NCBI GenBank assembly: GCA_038065955.1
Contig: JBBTPY010000003.1
Location: forward strand, 39,624 to 103,623
Length of the DNA: 64,000 bases
Reading direction: 5' to 3'
Source: Patescibacteria group bacterium
Lineage (GTDB): Bacteria; Patescibacteriota; Minisyncoccia; UBA6257; UBA9933
Position 1 is the stretch's first letter; each line of letters begins with the position of its first letter. Both the position numbers and the translations under genes were made by a program. Shown one piece after another: positions 29,250 through 40,508 of this stretch. The notes beneath the pieces are model-generated. The model saw only the letters and a list, made by a program, of their open reading frames with translations, searched no databases and had not been told where the DNA came from.

Positions 29250-29612
29250 ATGGATACTAAAACAACTTTGCCAATATCGGAGGCGAGAAAAAAAATATTT
29301 AAAATCGCGGAAGACGTGCAAGAACCTAGCCGGCATTACACTTTGACTGAAAAAGGACGTCCTAAAGCCGTAATTATATCCGCGGACGAATTTGAATCCT
29401 GGCAAGAAACTTTGGAGATAATGCGAGAATTTCCGGACCTTAAAAAAGATATTAAAGAAACAGACAGAGCTGTTAAAACCGGCGAATATAAAAAATGGAC
29501 AACATTAGAGGAACTTTTAAGAAAGGAAGGTTTTTTCATTGCCGATAAATCCGCTAAAAAATATGAATTATCAGGTAAAATTAAAACCAAGCGCCGAAAA
29601 GGAATTAAGTAA
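29250..29612 (+). CDS. type II antitoxin, Phd/YefM family
   Basis: N-terminus TLPISEARKK...AVIISADEFESWQETLEIM is typical of Phd/YefM. Confidence 0.7.
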   Translation: MDTKTTLPISEARKKIFKIAEDVQEPSRHYTLTEKGRPKAVIISADEFESWQETLEIMREFPDLKKDIKETDRAVKTGEYKKWTTLEELLRKEGFFIADKSAKKYELSGKIKTKRRKGIK

Positions 29613-29817
29613 ATTTTCTCAAAAAGATTATTATAGGATTATGGCGACTTTGACAGGTTTGGCGGTTAATCCTTTTATCGGAAAAAAATTAGAGGGCAAA
29701 TACAAGGGTTATTATTCAATCCGCGTTTGGCCGCATAGAATTATTTATCAAATTTACAAAAAAGAACTTTTAATTTTTATCATTTGCATTGGTCACCGCC
29801 GGGGAGTTTATAAATAA
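29563..29817 (+). CDS. type II toxin, RelE/ParE family
   Basis: ORF 29539..29817; the ATG at 29563 gives MNYQVKLKPSAEKELSKF...YYSIRVWPHRIIYQIYKKELLIFIICIGHRR. Confidence 0.75.
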   Translation: MNYQVKLKPSAEKELSKFSQKDYYRIMATLTGLAVNPFIGKKLEGKYKGYYSIRVWPHRIIYQIYKKELLIFIICIGHRRGVYK

Positions 29818-29852
29818 AAATGGTTTTTTTGTAAAAGTATGTTATTATACTA

Positions 29853-30891
29853 ATTATAGACGATTTAAAGCAACAATTTAAAGAACTTCAAAATGAAGCC
29901 CGGCTAATGGCCGGGCGGTTTTGACATTGCGTCAAAGCGCAATCGCGTTAAAGAAATTGAGTTTGAACTTTCCGACCCGGACTTTTGGAAAAATCGGGAA
30001 ATTGCCGACGCCAAAATAAAAGAACTCGGCGAATTAAACAGTTTAATAAAAAGATTTGACGATATAGAACAAGGATTGGCGCGGATTGAAACGCTTATTG
30101 ATTTAAAAGACGGCGAAAAGTTATTAAAAGAAATTCGAAATAAAATTCGCCAATTGGAAATTGAAAGGCTTTTTACCGGCAAATATGATAAACAATCGGC
30201 GATTGTTTCTGTTTTTGCCGGCGCCGGCGGAGAAGATGCGGAAGATTGGGCAAATATACTTTATAAAATGTATGCGAAATTCTCAGAAAAACGCGGTTGG
30301 AAAATAAAAATAATTGATGAAAATCCAATTACTTTTGAAATAAAAGGGGATTATGCTTACGGTTATTTAAAAAAAGAAGCCGGCGTTCATCGTTTAGTGA
30401 GAATTTCGCCGTTTTCGCCCGAGCAAAAAAGGCACACTTCTTTCGCCTTAGTGGAAGTTCTTCCCGATTTACCGGAAATTGACGAAAAGAAATTTGAAAT
30501 TCCTCAAGAAGACATAAAAGTTGAATTTTCTCGCGCCGGCGGACCCGGCGGCCAGAATGTCAATAAAGTGGAAACCGCCGTCAGGATTATTCATTTACCG
30601 ACGGGCATCAGTGTTGGTTCGCGGGTGGAGCGGTCGCAGGCTCAAAATCGCGTTCGAGCGATGAAAACGCTTAAAACAAAACTGTTTAAATTAATGGAAG
30701 AAAAACAAACTAAAGAATTGGGGCAGTTGCGGACCAAAGTAAAGCCGGAATGGGGAAATCAAATCCGTTCTTATGTTTTAAATCCTTATAAAATGGTTAA
30801 AGACCATAGAACGGGCATAGAAACCAGCCAGGCGGAAAAAGTATTGGAAGGAGAATTGGATTTATTTATTGAAAGCGATATAATTAAGTAA
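29853..30891 (+). CDS. prfB: peptide chain release factor 2, requires a +1 programmed frameshift at 29919-29925 (5' start uncertain)
   Basis: frame-0 leader ...[21 protein letters not shown]-stop (cgg ttt tga c), then the +1 frame continues DIASKRNR...; GGQ motif ([10 protein letters not shown]); no canonical ATG in the leader frame. Confidence 0.8.
29913..29925 (+). promoter_or_regulatory. prfB autoregulatory +1 frameshift site (SD-like GGGCGG then UUU UGA C)
   Basis: ggg cgg ttt tga c; in-frame UGA with a slippery UUU_U, analogous to the E. coli CUU UGA C site. Confidence 0.8.
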
Positions 30892-30895
30892 AGCG

Positions 30896-31585
30896 ATGAT
30901 TACTTTTCAAAATGTTTCTAAAATTTATAAAAATAACAGCCACGAAATGGTTGCTTTGGACGATGCTAATTTTACAATTGAATCAAAAGAGTTTATTTCA
31001 ATTGTCGGAAAATCGGGCGCCGGCAAGTCAACGATTATTAAACTTTTAATCGGCGAAGAAAAACCGACTAAAGGGCGCGTGATTGTCAGTTCTTACGATG
31101 TCAATAAATTGAAATCGCGGGAACTTCCGAAGTTGCGCCGCCATATAGGCGTTATTTTTCAGGATTTTCGGCTTTTGCCGAATAAAACCGCTTTTGAAAA
31201 TGTCGCTTTCGCTTTGGAGGTGGCCGGCCGGTTGCAGGCGGAAATAAATGAATTCGTGCCTCAGGCCTTTAAGATGGTCGGATTAGAAAATAAAATGGCT
31301 AATTTTCCAAAAGAACTTTCCGGCGGCGAAAAACAAAGAGTGGCGATTGCCCGGGCGATGATTAATAATCCCGATGTTCTTATTGCCGACGAACCGACTG
31401 GAAATTTAGACCCATTAAACACGGCTGAAATTATTAATCTGCTTTTGAAAATCAATGAATTGGGAACGATTGTTATTTTAGCCACTCATAATAAAGAAAT
31501 AGTTGATGATTTAAATCGGAGAGTGATAAGTTTGGAAAACGGAAAGATTTTTAGAGACGAAGAAAAAGGAAAATATATATGTTAA
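30896..31585 (+). CDS. ftsE: cell-division ABC transporter ATP-binding protein FtsE
   Basis: Walker A GKSGAGKST; ABC signature LSGGEKQR; followed by ftsX. Confidence 0.85.
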   Translation: MITFQNVSKIYKNNSHEMVALDDANFTIESKEFISIVGKSGAGKSTIIKLLIGEEKPTKGRVIVSSYDVNKLKSRELPKLRRHIGVIFQDFRLLPNKTAFENVAFALEVAGRLQAEINEFVPQAFKMVGLENKMANFPKELSGGEKQRVAIARAMINNPDVLIADEPTGNLDPLNTAEIINLLLKINELGTIVILATHNKEIVDDLNRRVISLENGKIFRDEEKGKYIC

Positions 31586-32487
31586 CCGCGTTATCCCGAA
31601 TAATTAAATACGGCATTCTTGGTTTTTGGAGAAACGGTTGGCTTTCAACGGCCACTATCGCCATAATGATTTTAGCGTTGGTTGTTTTTGAAGGCTTGAT
31701 TATTTTTAACGTTTTAACGGAAACAGCGCTTCAGTCGCTTCAAGATAAAATTGATATCAGTGTTTATTTTAAAATTGATTCGGCCGAAGATGAAATTTTA
31801 AAAATAAAGAAATCCTTAGAAACGCTCGGCGAAGTAAAGCGCGTTGAATATATTTCTCGGGATAAAGCGTTGGAAATTTTTCGCGCTCGGCATCAAGGTG
31901 AAGAAACAATTAATCAGGCCCTGGAAACTCTTGAAACCAATCCTCTTTCCACGTCTTTAAGGATTCAGGCTTATAATTCCAAAGATTACGCCGTTATAGA
32001 CGCTTATCTGAAAAATGAATCGTTCAAGCCGCTGATTGATAAAATATCATACAGCAAAAATTCCACAGTCATTGAACGGTTGAATAAAATCATTGAAACC
32101 GTTAAGCAATCGGGAATGTTTTTAACGGCGCTTTTTTCTTTTGTCGCCGTTTTAATAACTTTCAACACAATCAGATTGGCAATTTATTCCAATCGCGAAG
32201 AAATCGGCATTATGAGGCTCGTCGGCGCTTCCAATATTTTTATTCGCGGCCCTTATGCCGTGGAAGGAGTTATTTACGGCGTGATTGCCGGCGTTTTGAG
32301 TTTTGTCTTATTCGCGCCGGTTATTTATTATATTAACCCTTACGTAAAAATATTTATTCCGGAAATGGAAATTTGGTCTTATATAGCGTCAAATTCCGTA
32401 AAACTTATCGGTTATCAGATATTTTTCGGCGTTATTTTGGGATTAATTTCTTCAAGTATTGCCATTAGAAAATATTTAAGAATTTAA
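31579..32487 (+). CDS. ftsX: FtsX-like permease
   Basis: 4-TM FtsX topology with a periplasmic loop; paired with ftsE. Confidence 0.8.
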   Translation: MLTALSRIIKYGILGFWRNGWLSTATIAIMILALVVFEGLIIFNVLTETALQSLQDKIDISVYFKIDSAEDEILKIKKSLETLGEVKRVEYISRDKALEIFRARHQGEETINQALETLETNPLSTSLRIQAYNSKDYAVIDAYLKNESFKPLIDKISYSKNSTVIERLNKIIETVKQSGMFLTALFSFVAVLITFNTIRLAIYSNREEIGIMRLVGASNIFIRGPYAVEGVIYGVIAGVLSFVLFAPVIYYINPYVKIFIPEMEIWSYIASNSVKLIGYQIFFGVILGLISSSIAIRKYLRI

Positions 32488-32900
32488 TGGATTGTATTTT
32501 TTGTAAAATAATTAATAAGGAAATTCCGGCAAATATTATTCTTGAAGACGAATCGGCCTTGGTAATGTTGGATATTAATCCGAGAAGCCGGGGACACGCG
32601 ATAGTTTTGCCGAAAACGCATATTCAAAATATTTTAGAGCTGGCGGATAAAGACATTGAAGGAGTTTTTAAAATGGTTAAAAAGGCGACCGGTTTATTGG
32701 ATAAATCATTAAAGCCCGATGGCTTTACAATTGGAATTAACCATGGTAAAGTGAGCGGACAAACGGTTGCTCATCTGCATATTCATGTTATGCCGAGATG
32801 GTATTCTGACGGCGGCGGTTCAATTCATTCGGCGGTAAACAATCCGCCGAAAGAGTCAATTCAAGAAACAGCCGTAAAAATTTTAAATCCTAAATCCTAA
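32487..32900 (+). CDS. HIT-family (histidine triad) hydrolase
   Basis: HLHIHVMPR histidine triad; the 3' end carries a CCTAAAT/TAAATCC heptamer tract. Confidence 0.85.
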   Translation: MDCIFCKIINKEIPANIILEDESALVMLDINPRSRGHAIVLPKTHIQNILELADKDIEGVFKMVKKATGLLDKSLKPDGFTIGINHGKVSGQTVAHLHIHVMPRWYSDGGGSIHSAVNNPPKESIQETAVKILNPKS

Positions 32901-32918
32901 ATCCTAAATCCTAAATTA
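32884..32918 (+). repeat. heptamer tandem repeat TAAATCC x4-5 spanning the HIT stop codon
   Basis: taaatcc x4 then taaatta. Confidence 0.9.
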
Positions 32919-32924
32919 TTTATT

Positions 32925-33134
32925 ATGATTGAACTTAATCGTCGCAAAGGCGAATCAGTAACCGCGTTTCTGCATCGGTTCAGCACGCGAATTAAGCAGA
33001 GCGGAGTTTTGCGCGAAGCTAAAAAACGCCGCTATTACAGCCGGCCGATTAATAAAGCCAAAAGGCGGGCCGCGGCTTTGTATCGCGCCGCGAAAAAGAA
33101 AGAGTTTGAGAAAAAGAGAAAAAGCGGTAGATAA
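32925..33134 (+). CDS. rpsU: 30S ribosomal protein S21
   Basis: 69 aa, basic S21-like sequence (RYYSRPINKAKRRA). Confidence 0.9.
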   Translation: MIELNRRKGESVTAFLHRFSTRIKQSGVLREAKKRRYYSRPINKAKRRAAALYRAAKKKEFEKKRKSGR

Positions 33135-33328
33135 AAAATGTCTTTATAGACCTCTTACACAATAACCTTTTCTACTACAATTATGCTTTTTCGGCTACAA
33201 ACAACTCATCGCTCGTCAATGAATACTTTGTATTCATTTCCTCGCGCTTCGTTGTTTTCGCTCGCCCTCACACCAAAAATTTTGGCGTGAGGGCTCAAAA
33301 AATCATAATTTCGCTACGAAAAATTATT

Positions 33329-33796
33329 ATGCAAGAGGTCTTAAAGCAAACAATTTCCGATGATTTGAAAAATGCCTTAAAATCCGGCGACAGTTTCAAG
33401 GTTGGAATTTTGCGTTTGCTCTTATCGGCGCTTCATAATAAAGAGATTGAAAAACGCGGCAAAGGAGAAAAATCGGAGCTTTCAGAAGAAGAAATAATTG
33501 AAGTTTTAATGAAAGAGTCAAAAAAACGGAAAGAGGCGATTGAAATTTATTCAAAAGGCGGCCGTCAAGATTTGGCCGCTCAAGAAGCCAAAGAATCGGA
33601 AATTATAAAAATTTATTTGCCCGAACAATTAAGCGAAGCGGAAGTTGAAAAAATGGCGTTAAAAGCGATTGAAAAAATTGGCGCGAAAAATCAAAAAGAT
33701 TTCGGCAAAGCGATGGCAGAAGCGATGAAAGAATTAAAAGGAAAAACAGACGCTTCAAAAGTAAGCGAAATAATTAAAAAGAAACTTAATTCTTAA
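33329..33796 (+). CDS. GatB/YqeY-domain protein
   Basis: ORF 33287..33796; the likely start is the MQEVLKQ ATG at 33329; YqeY-like helical sequence. Confidence 0.7.
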   Translation: MQEVLKQTISDDLKNALKSGDSFKVGILRLLLSALHNKEIEKRGKGEKSELSEEEIIEVLMKESKKRKEAIEIYSKGGRQDLAAQEAKESEIIKIYLPEQLSEAEVEKMALKAIEKIGAKNQKDFGKAMAEAMKELKGKTDASKVSEIIKKKLNS

Positions 33797-33839
33797 TGGG
33801 TCTTGACAAGTTTTTTTGCGTTCCCTATAATTCTTATTT

Positions 33840-34127
33840 ATGAATATAAAACCTCTTTCTAATCATGTTTTTATTGAACCGTTAAAAGAAGAGCAAACAA
33901 CCAAAAGCGGTATTTTTTTGCCGGAAACGATGGAAAATAAACCGATTAAAGGTAAGGTTTTTGCCGTTGGTTTGGGTAAAATTAACGAAAAAGGCGAGCA
34001 AATTCCGATGTCGGTTAAAATCGGCGATACGGTTTTGTTTAAAAAATACGGTCCGGATGAAATTGAAATAGACGGTAAAAAATATCTGGTCGGAGATGAA
34101 GATGATATACTTGCGATTTTAGAATAA
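33840..34127 (+). CDS. groES: co-chaperonin GroES
   Basis: 95 aa; mobile-loop and GroES motifs; precedes groEL. Confidence 0.95.
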   Translation: MNIKPLSNHVFIEPLKEEQTTKSGIFLPETMENKPIKGKVFAVGLGKINEKGEQIPMSVKIGDTVLFKKYGPDEIEIDGKKYLVGDEDDILAILE

Positions 34128-36279
<2,152 letters not shown>

Positions 36280-36311
36280 ATAGTTAAATTATATTATAAA
36301 TTCGTTGATTT

Positions 36312-36878
36312 ATGAAATCCTTTCTTTATTCTCTTTGGGAAATTATTGAAATTACTTTAGTGGCAGTGGTTGCAGTTTTGATAATTCGCTATTTTCTCGT
36401 CCAGCCGTTTTTGGTAAACGGCGCTTCCATGGAGCCAAATTTTTCAAACGGCGATTATTTATTGATTGACGAAATCACTTATCGTTTCAGAGAGCCATTG
36501 CGCGGCGAAGCGATTGTATTTCATTATCCCCGCGACGAAAAATTTTATTACATTAAAAGAATTATCGGTTTGCCGGGCGAAGAACTGGAAATTAAAAACG
36601 GAAAAGTTTTTATTTTTAATAAAGAATATCCTAAAGGGTTTGTTTTAGATGAAAATTATCTTCCTTCGGGATTAGAAACCGTCGGCAAAGAAGGACGCGT
36701 TGTTTTGACTGAAAACGAATATTTCGCTTTCGGCGATAATCGCGGTTTTAGTTCTGATTCCCGTTTTTGGGGGTCCGTTAAATATGATAATATCGTCGGA
36801 TTGGTTCGTTTAAGGCTTTGGCCATTAAATAAAGTAATGGCGTTCGGATTTAATGAAAACTACCAAGCGTCAAAATAA
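36312..36878 (+). CDS. lepB: signal peptidase I
   Basis: catalytic Ser and Lys boxes (GASMEPNF, RGEAIVF, GDNRGFSSDSR). Confidence 0.85.
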   Translation: MKSFLYSLWEIIEITLVAVVAVLIIRYFLVQPFLVNGASMEPNFSNGDYLLIDEITYRFREPLRGEAIVFHYPRDEKFYYIKRIIGLPGEELEIKNGKVFIFNKEYPKGFVLDENYLPSGLETVGKEGRVVLTENEYFAFGDNRGFSSDSRFWGSVKYDNIVGLVRLRLWPLNKVMAFGFNENYQASK

Positions 36879-38172
36879 AAAATCCGCCGGCAGAAAGATT
36901 TTTTTTCAGTCTCCGAAAGGAATGCGCGACATTCTTCCGGAAGACCAGTTTATATGGGAAAAAATCAGGGACGAAGCCGTTAAAATTGCCGGCGAATATG
37001 GTTATCTGCGCATCGATACGCCGATTTTAGAATCGGCGGATATTTTTGAGCGCACCGGCGAGGGGACAGATATTGTGGAAAAGCAGATGTATTTTATTAA
37101 AGACAAGAAAGACGGCAGTTTAGTTTTAAGGCCGGAAGGAACGGCGCCGATAATGAGAGCTTACATTCAGAACGGTTTAAATAAAATTGCTCAGCCGTTG
37201 AAGCTTTTTTATATTGGTCCGATGTTTCGCCATGAATCTCCTCAAGCGGGGCGTTATAGGCAGTTTTATCAGGCGGGTTTTGAAATTATCGGCGCCGACG
37301 GCGACCCGATTTACGATGCTCAAATAATTTTGGCTTCTTTGCGCCTGCTGGAAGAATTAAAAATTAAAAATCTTGTTATTCAAATTAACAGTATCGGTTG
37401 CAAGCATTGCCGTTTGGCTTATCAAAGAAAGCTTCAGCAATATTACAAGAATCATCAAAATAAAATTTGTAAAGATTGCCGCGAGCGTTTACAGCCAAGG
37501 CCTTTGCGTCTCTTGGATTGCAAGGATGAAAAATGCGCTCCGATAAAAGCCAAGGCGCCGATTATTCTTGACCAGCTTTGCGGGCAATGTAAAAAACATT
37601 TTAAAAATGTTTTAGAATATTTAGATGAGCTTTCGCTTTCTTATAATTTGAATCCGCATTTAGTTAGGGGATTGGATTATTATAATCGGACGGTTTTTGA
37701 AATTTTTTCGGATATGCCGCAGTTTTCCGGATTGGCTTTGGCCAGCGGCGGCCGTTACGACCATCTTTCGGAAATGATTTCTCATAAACAAATTTGCGCC
37801 GTCGGAAGCGCCGTTGGCATGGATAGGGTGGCGGAATTATTGAAATCTTCGGAAATTAAACATTTGCCGCTGAAGGAACAAAAAGTTTTTTTGATTCATA
37901 TCGGCGATGAAGCGAAAAAAAAGGGATTGTCGCTTTTTGAAGAATTAAGAAAGGCGGGCGTTAAAGCGGTTGAATCTTTCGGCCGCGAATCGCTGAAATC
38001 GCAGTTAAAGGCGGCGGATAAATCGCGGGCTCGGTTGAGTTTAATTCTCGGCCAAAAGGAAGTTTTTGAAGAAGTAATTATTATCCGCGATATGAAAAGC
38101 GGCGCTCAAGAAACCGCGCCGCTTAAAAAAATGGTTGAAGAAGTGAAAAAAATGATGAAAGCGCCGCTTTAA
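36853..38172 (+). CDS. hisS: histidine--tRNA ligase
   Basis: 439 aa; class II motifs plus a HisRS anticodon-binding domain; GMRDILP N-terminal box. Confidence 0.9.
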   Translation: MKTTKRQNKKSAGRKIFFQSPKGMRDILPEDQFIWEKIRDEAVKIAGEYGYLRIDTPILESADIFERTGEGTDIVEKQMYFIKDKKDGSLVLRPEGTAPIMRAYIQNGLNKIAQPLKLFYIGPMFRHESPQAGRYRQFYQAGFEIIGADGDPIYDAQIILASLRLLEELKIKNLVIQINSIGCKHCRLAYQRKLQQYYKNHQNKICKDCRERLQPRPLRLLDCKDEKCAPIKAKAPIILDQLCGQCKKHFKNVLEYLDELSLSYNLNPHLVRGLDYYNRTVFEIFSDMPQFSGLALASGGRYDHLSEMISHKQICAVGSAVGMDRVAELLKSSEIKHLPLKEQKVFLIHIGDEAKKKGLSLFEELRKAGVKAVESFGRESLKSQLKAADKSRARLSLILGQKEVFEEVIIIRDMKSGAQETAPLKKMVEEVKKMMKAPL

Positions 38173-39863
38173 ATATGGTTTATTTTTCTCATCAATTCCA
38201 AATCTTTATTTCTTAATTGTTCCAAAATTTTCATTTCAGGGTCAATGGCGATAGTCTTCCCTAAATATTGGCCGGCGGTGAAATGAGGAAGTAAAACATA
38301 ATCGGCTCTTTCGCCGGCCGGTGGATTATACAAAATTTCCGCTTCTTTTTCGGTTCGGGCTCTTAAAACGACTTTAAGATTTTTTCGGTTCGGCAGGGCG
38401 CTTAATTGGCTTAAAAGCGTCAAATTATCTTCTAAATCGGGACTGGTGGAAATTGCCAATCGGGCTTGATTAAAATTGGCTTTTTCAAAAATTTCCCGGT
38501 CAGCGATATCGCCAAAAATATACTCATAACCGCGTTTTTTTAATTGAGCGATGATTTCCGGGTCAAAATCAATAATCAATAAATCTTCTTTCGGCAGGTT
38601 AAAAGCGATGCTTTGGCCGGTTCGGTGGGAGCCGATTAAAATAATCGGTTTATTGAATTCTTTTGCATGAAATTCGTCTTCTTTGAGATTTTTGCGTTCA
38701 AAGAATTTTAAGTATGGCGAAAGCCGCCTGAAAATGGAATCGGCGTAAATAATCATATAACTTGATAGGGCGATTGTGATTACGCCGATCGCGGTAATTA
38801 AGGAAACGGTATCTTTATTAATATGTCCGAGCTTGAATCCTAAGGCGGCTAAAACCAGACTGAATTCTGAAATTTGAGCTACGGTTAAGCCGGTAAGGAA
38901 ACTCGTTCTTTTGCGATAACCTAAGAGCCACATAATTATTAAAACAATTAATGGATTGCCGATTAAAACAAAAACAGAAAGAACGGCTATTGGCAGAATT
39001 AATTCGTTAATGCCGGAAAAAATAAATGAAGACCCTAAAATCGCGAAGAAAATTAAAATAAAAAAATCTCTTAACGGTTTAACGCGGCTGGAAATTTCAA
39101 AATGTTCGGCGGAATTAGCGAGAGCCAAACCGGCCAGAAAACCGCCGATTTCCAGAGAAAAACCGATTTTTTCAATAACGGCGGCAATCGCGAAAACCCA
39201 TGCCAAACTGATTAAAAATAATAATTCTTGAGAGCGGGCGGCTTTGTCAAAAATCAGGGGAAAAATTTTTCGGCCAAGATATAACATTAAAACAAACAAA
39301 ACTCCGCCCTTAACGACGGTTAAAAAAATATCCGCGAAAATCAATCCTTTGCCGGCTTCAATGCCGGCTAAAAATATCAAAAGCAGAATTGCCACAAAAT
39401 CCTGGACAAGAAGAAGGCCGACGCTAAGTTTTCCATATAAGCTGTTTAAGTCCTTTTTTTCCGATAAAAGTTTGACGACGATAATAGTGCTGGAAAAAGT
39501 CAGGGCAATGGCGATATAAGCGCTTGTAAGATTGTTAAAACCGAAAAATAAAGCGATTAAAAAACCGATAATAAAAGTAAAAACAAGCTGGCCAAGTCCG
39601 ATGATTAAAGCGGGTTTTCCCACCAATCTTAAAGAAGTATAATTGATTTCCAAGCCGACTAAAAACAGCAAAAACATTATGCCCAAGCTTGAAAATAGCT
39701 GGAAAGTTTCTTTATCGGCCAGATTAAAAAATCCGAAATAGCCGATTAAAAGGCCGGTCGCCAGATATGCCAGAATAATCGGCTGTTTTAATAATTTCGC
39801 CACGACGCCGAGCCCCGCGGCGATTACGATAACGATTGCCAGTTCCAAAATTCCGGAAGCCAT
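38169..39863 (-). CDS. CPA2 monovalent cation:proton antiporter (Kef-type) with C-terminal TrkA-N/RCK domain
   Basis: 564 aa; 12-13 TM; C-terminal Rossmann-like segment (IILIGSHRTGQ). Confidence 0.8.
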   Translation of the reverse strand: MASGILELAIVIVIAAGLGVVAKLLKQPIILAYLATGLLIGYFGFFNLADKETFQLFSSLGIMFLLFLVGLEINYTSLRLVGKPALIIGLGQLVFTFIIGFLIALFFGFNNLTSAYIAIALTFSSTIIVVKLLSEKKDLNSLYGKLSVGLLLVQDFVAILLLIFLAGIEAGKGLIFADIFLTVVKGGVLFVLMLYLGRKIFPLIFDKAARSQELLFLISLAWVFAIAAVIEKIGFSLEIGGFLAGLALANSAEHFEISSRVKPLRDFFILIFFAILGSSFIFSGINELILPIAVLSVFVLIGNPLIVLIIMWLLGYRKRTSFLTGLTVAQISEFSLVLAALGFKLGHINKDTVSLITAIGVITIALSSYMIIYADSIFRRLSPYLKFFERKNLKEDEFHAKEFNKPIILIGSHRTGQSIAFNLPKEDLLIIDFDPEIIAQLKKRGYEYIFGDIADREIFEKANFNQARLAISTSPDLEDNLTLLSQLSALPNRKNLKVVLRARTEKEAEILYNPPAGERADYVLLPHFTAGQYLGKTIAIDPEMKILEQLRNKDLELMRKINHI

Positions 39864-39966
39864 ATTTTAAATTATACAACATTTTGATTATTCATTCATT
39901 AATGTTATCCACATATTGAAAGATAAAAAAAAATTAAAAATGGTATGATTTACAATAATAATTGTA

Positions 39967-40116
39967 ATGTCCAAAACAAAATTTGTAAGAAAATTTTTTA
40001 AATTTTTCGCGATATTTTCATTAATCGCGGTTTTGGGGTTTTCCGATATTATTTCTTTTTTGCCGCAGATTTTGCAAAACAACAAATTGGCGGAAAATTT
40101 GAAAACCAAAATTTAA
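39967..40116 (+). pseudogene. duplicated 5' fragment (signal-anchor region) of the downstream 1271-aa surface protein gene
   Basis: MSKTKFVRKFFKFFAIFSLIAVLGFSDIISFLPQILQNNKLAENL...; about 100 bp are near-identical to 40536..40640. Confidence 0.55.
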
Positions 40117-40140
40117 TTTTAAAAAATAAAACGAATTTAT

Positions 40141-40368
40141 GAAAACTTTGGCCTTTATTGACGCTTCCAATCTTTTTTATGGCGGTGAGAAAAGTTTAGG
40201 TTGGAAGATTGACTATAAAAAGCTGCTGGATTATTTAAAAAATAAATAGAGGTGATTATTTTGGCAAGGGGTCCGAGGACGGTGAGAGAAATAAGGCAGT
40301 TCGCGGGAGCTAATTTCAGAGATTTTGAGTATTTGAAATATTTGTTAAAGATGGATGAAAAGTAATGA
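40141..40368 (+). pseudogene. NYN/LabA-like domain gene remnant (frameshifted)
   Basis: MKTLAFIDASNLFYGGEK... stops after 36 aa; a NYN-like continuation (IILARGPRTVREIRQFAG...) resumes in another frame. Confidence 0.45.
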
Positions 40369-40394
40369 GGCGGACTCATATAGAATCCGCCTCA
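40366..40394 (+). terminator. hairpin terminator-like element
   Basis: tgaggcgga-(11 nt)-tccgcctca, then a T-rich tract. Confidence 0.45.
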
Positions 40395-40508
40395 CGTTTA
40401 GTATTTAAAATATATGTCTGATATTGAATAATGTCAATAGTAAAATTGGGTATAACTAAAAATTAAAAAAAGAGTAAAAATAACAAAATTGTATTATAAT
40501 AAATAAAG

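Noticed and set aside
29904-30182. 92-aa minus-strand ORF
   Set aside because: It lies entirely inside the well-supported prfB gene on the opposite strand and is a spurious antisense ORF. The same applies to the many short antisense ORFs inside ribosomal-protein, groEL, secY and aaRS genes in the track.
39905-39913. Chromosomal replication origin (perfect DnaA boxes: ttatccaca at 39905-39913 and tgtggataa at 52723-52731)
   Set aside because: Both are isolated single boxes with no cluster, no AT-rich DUE arrangement and no dnaA or dnaN nearby. Chance occurrence in an AT-rich 64-kb window is plausible.
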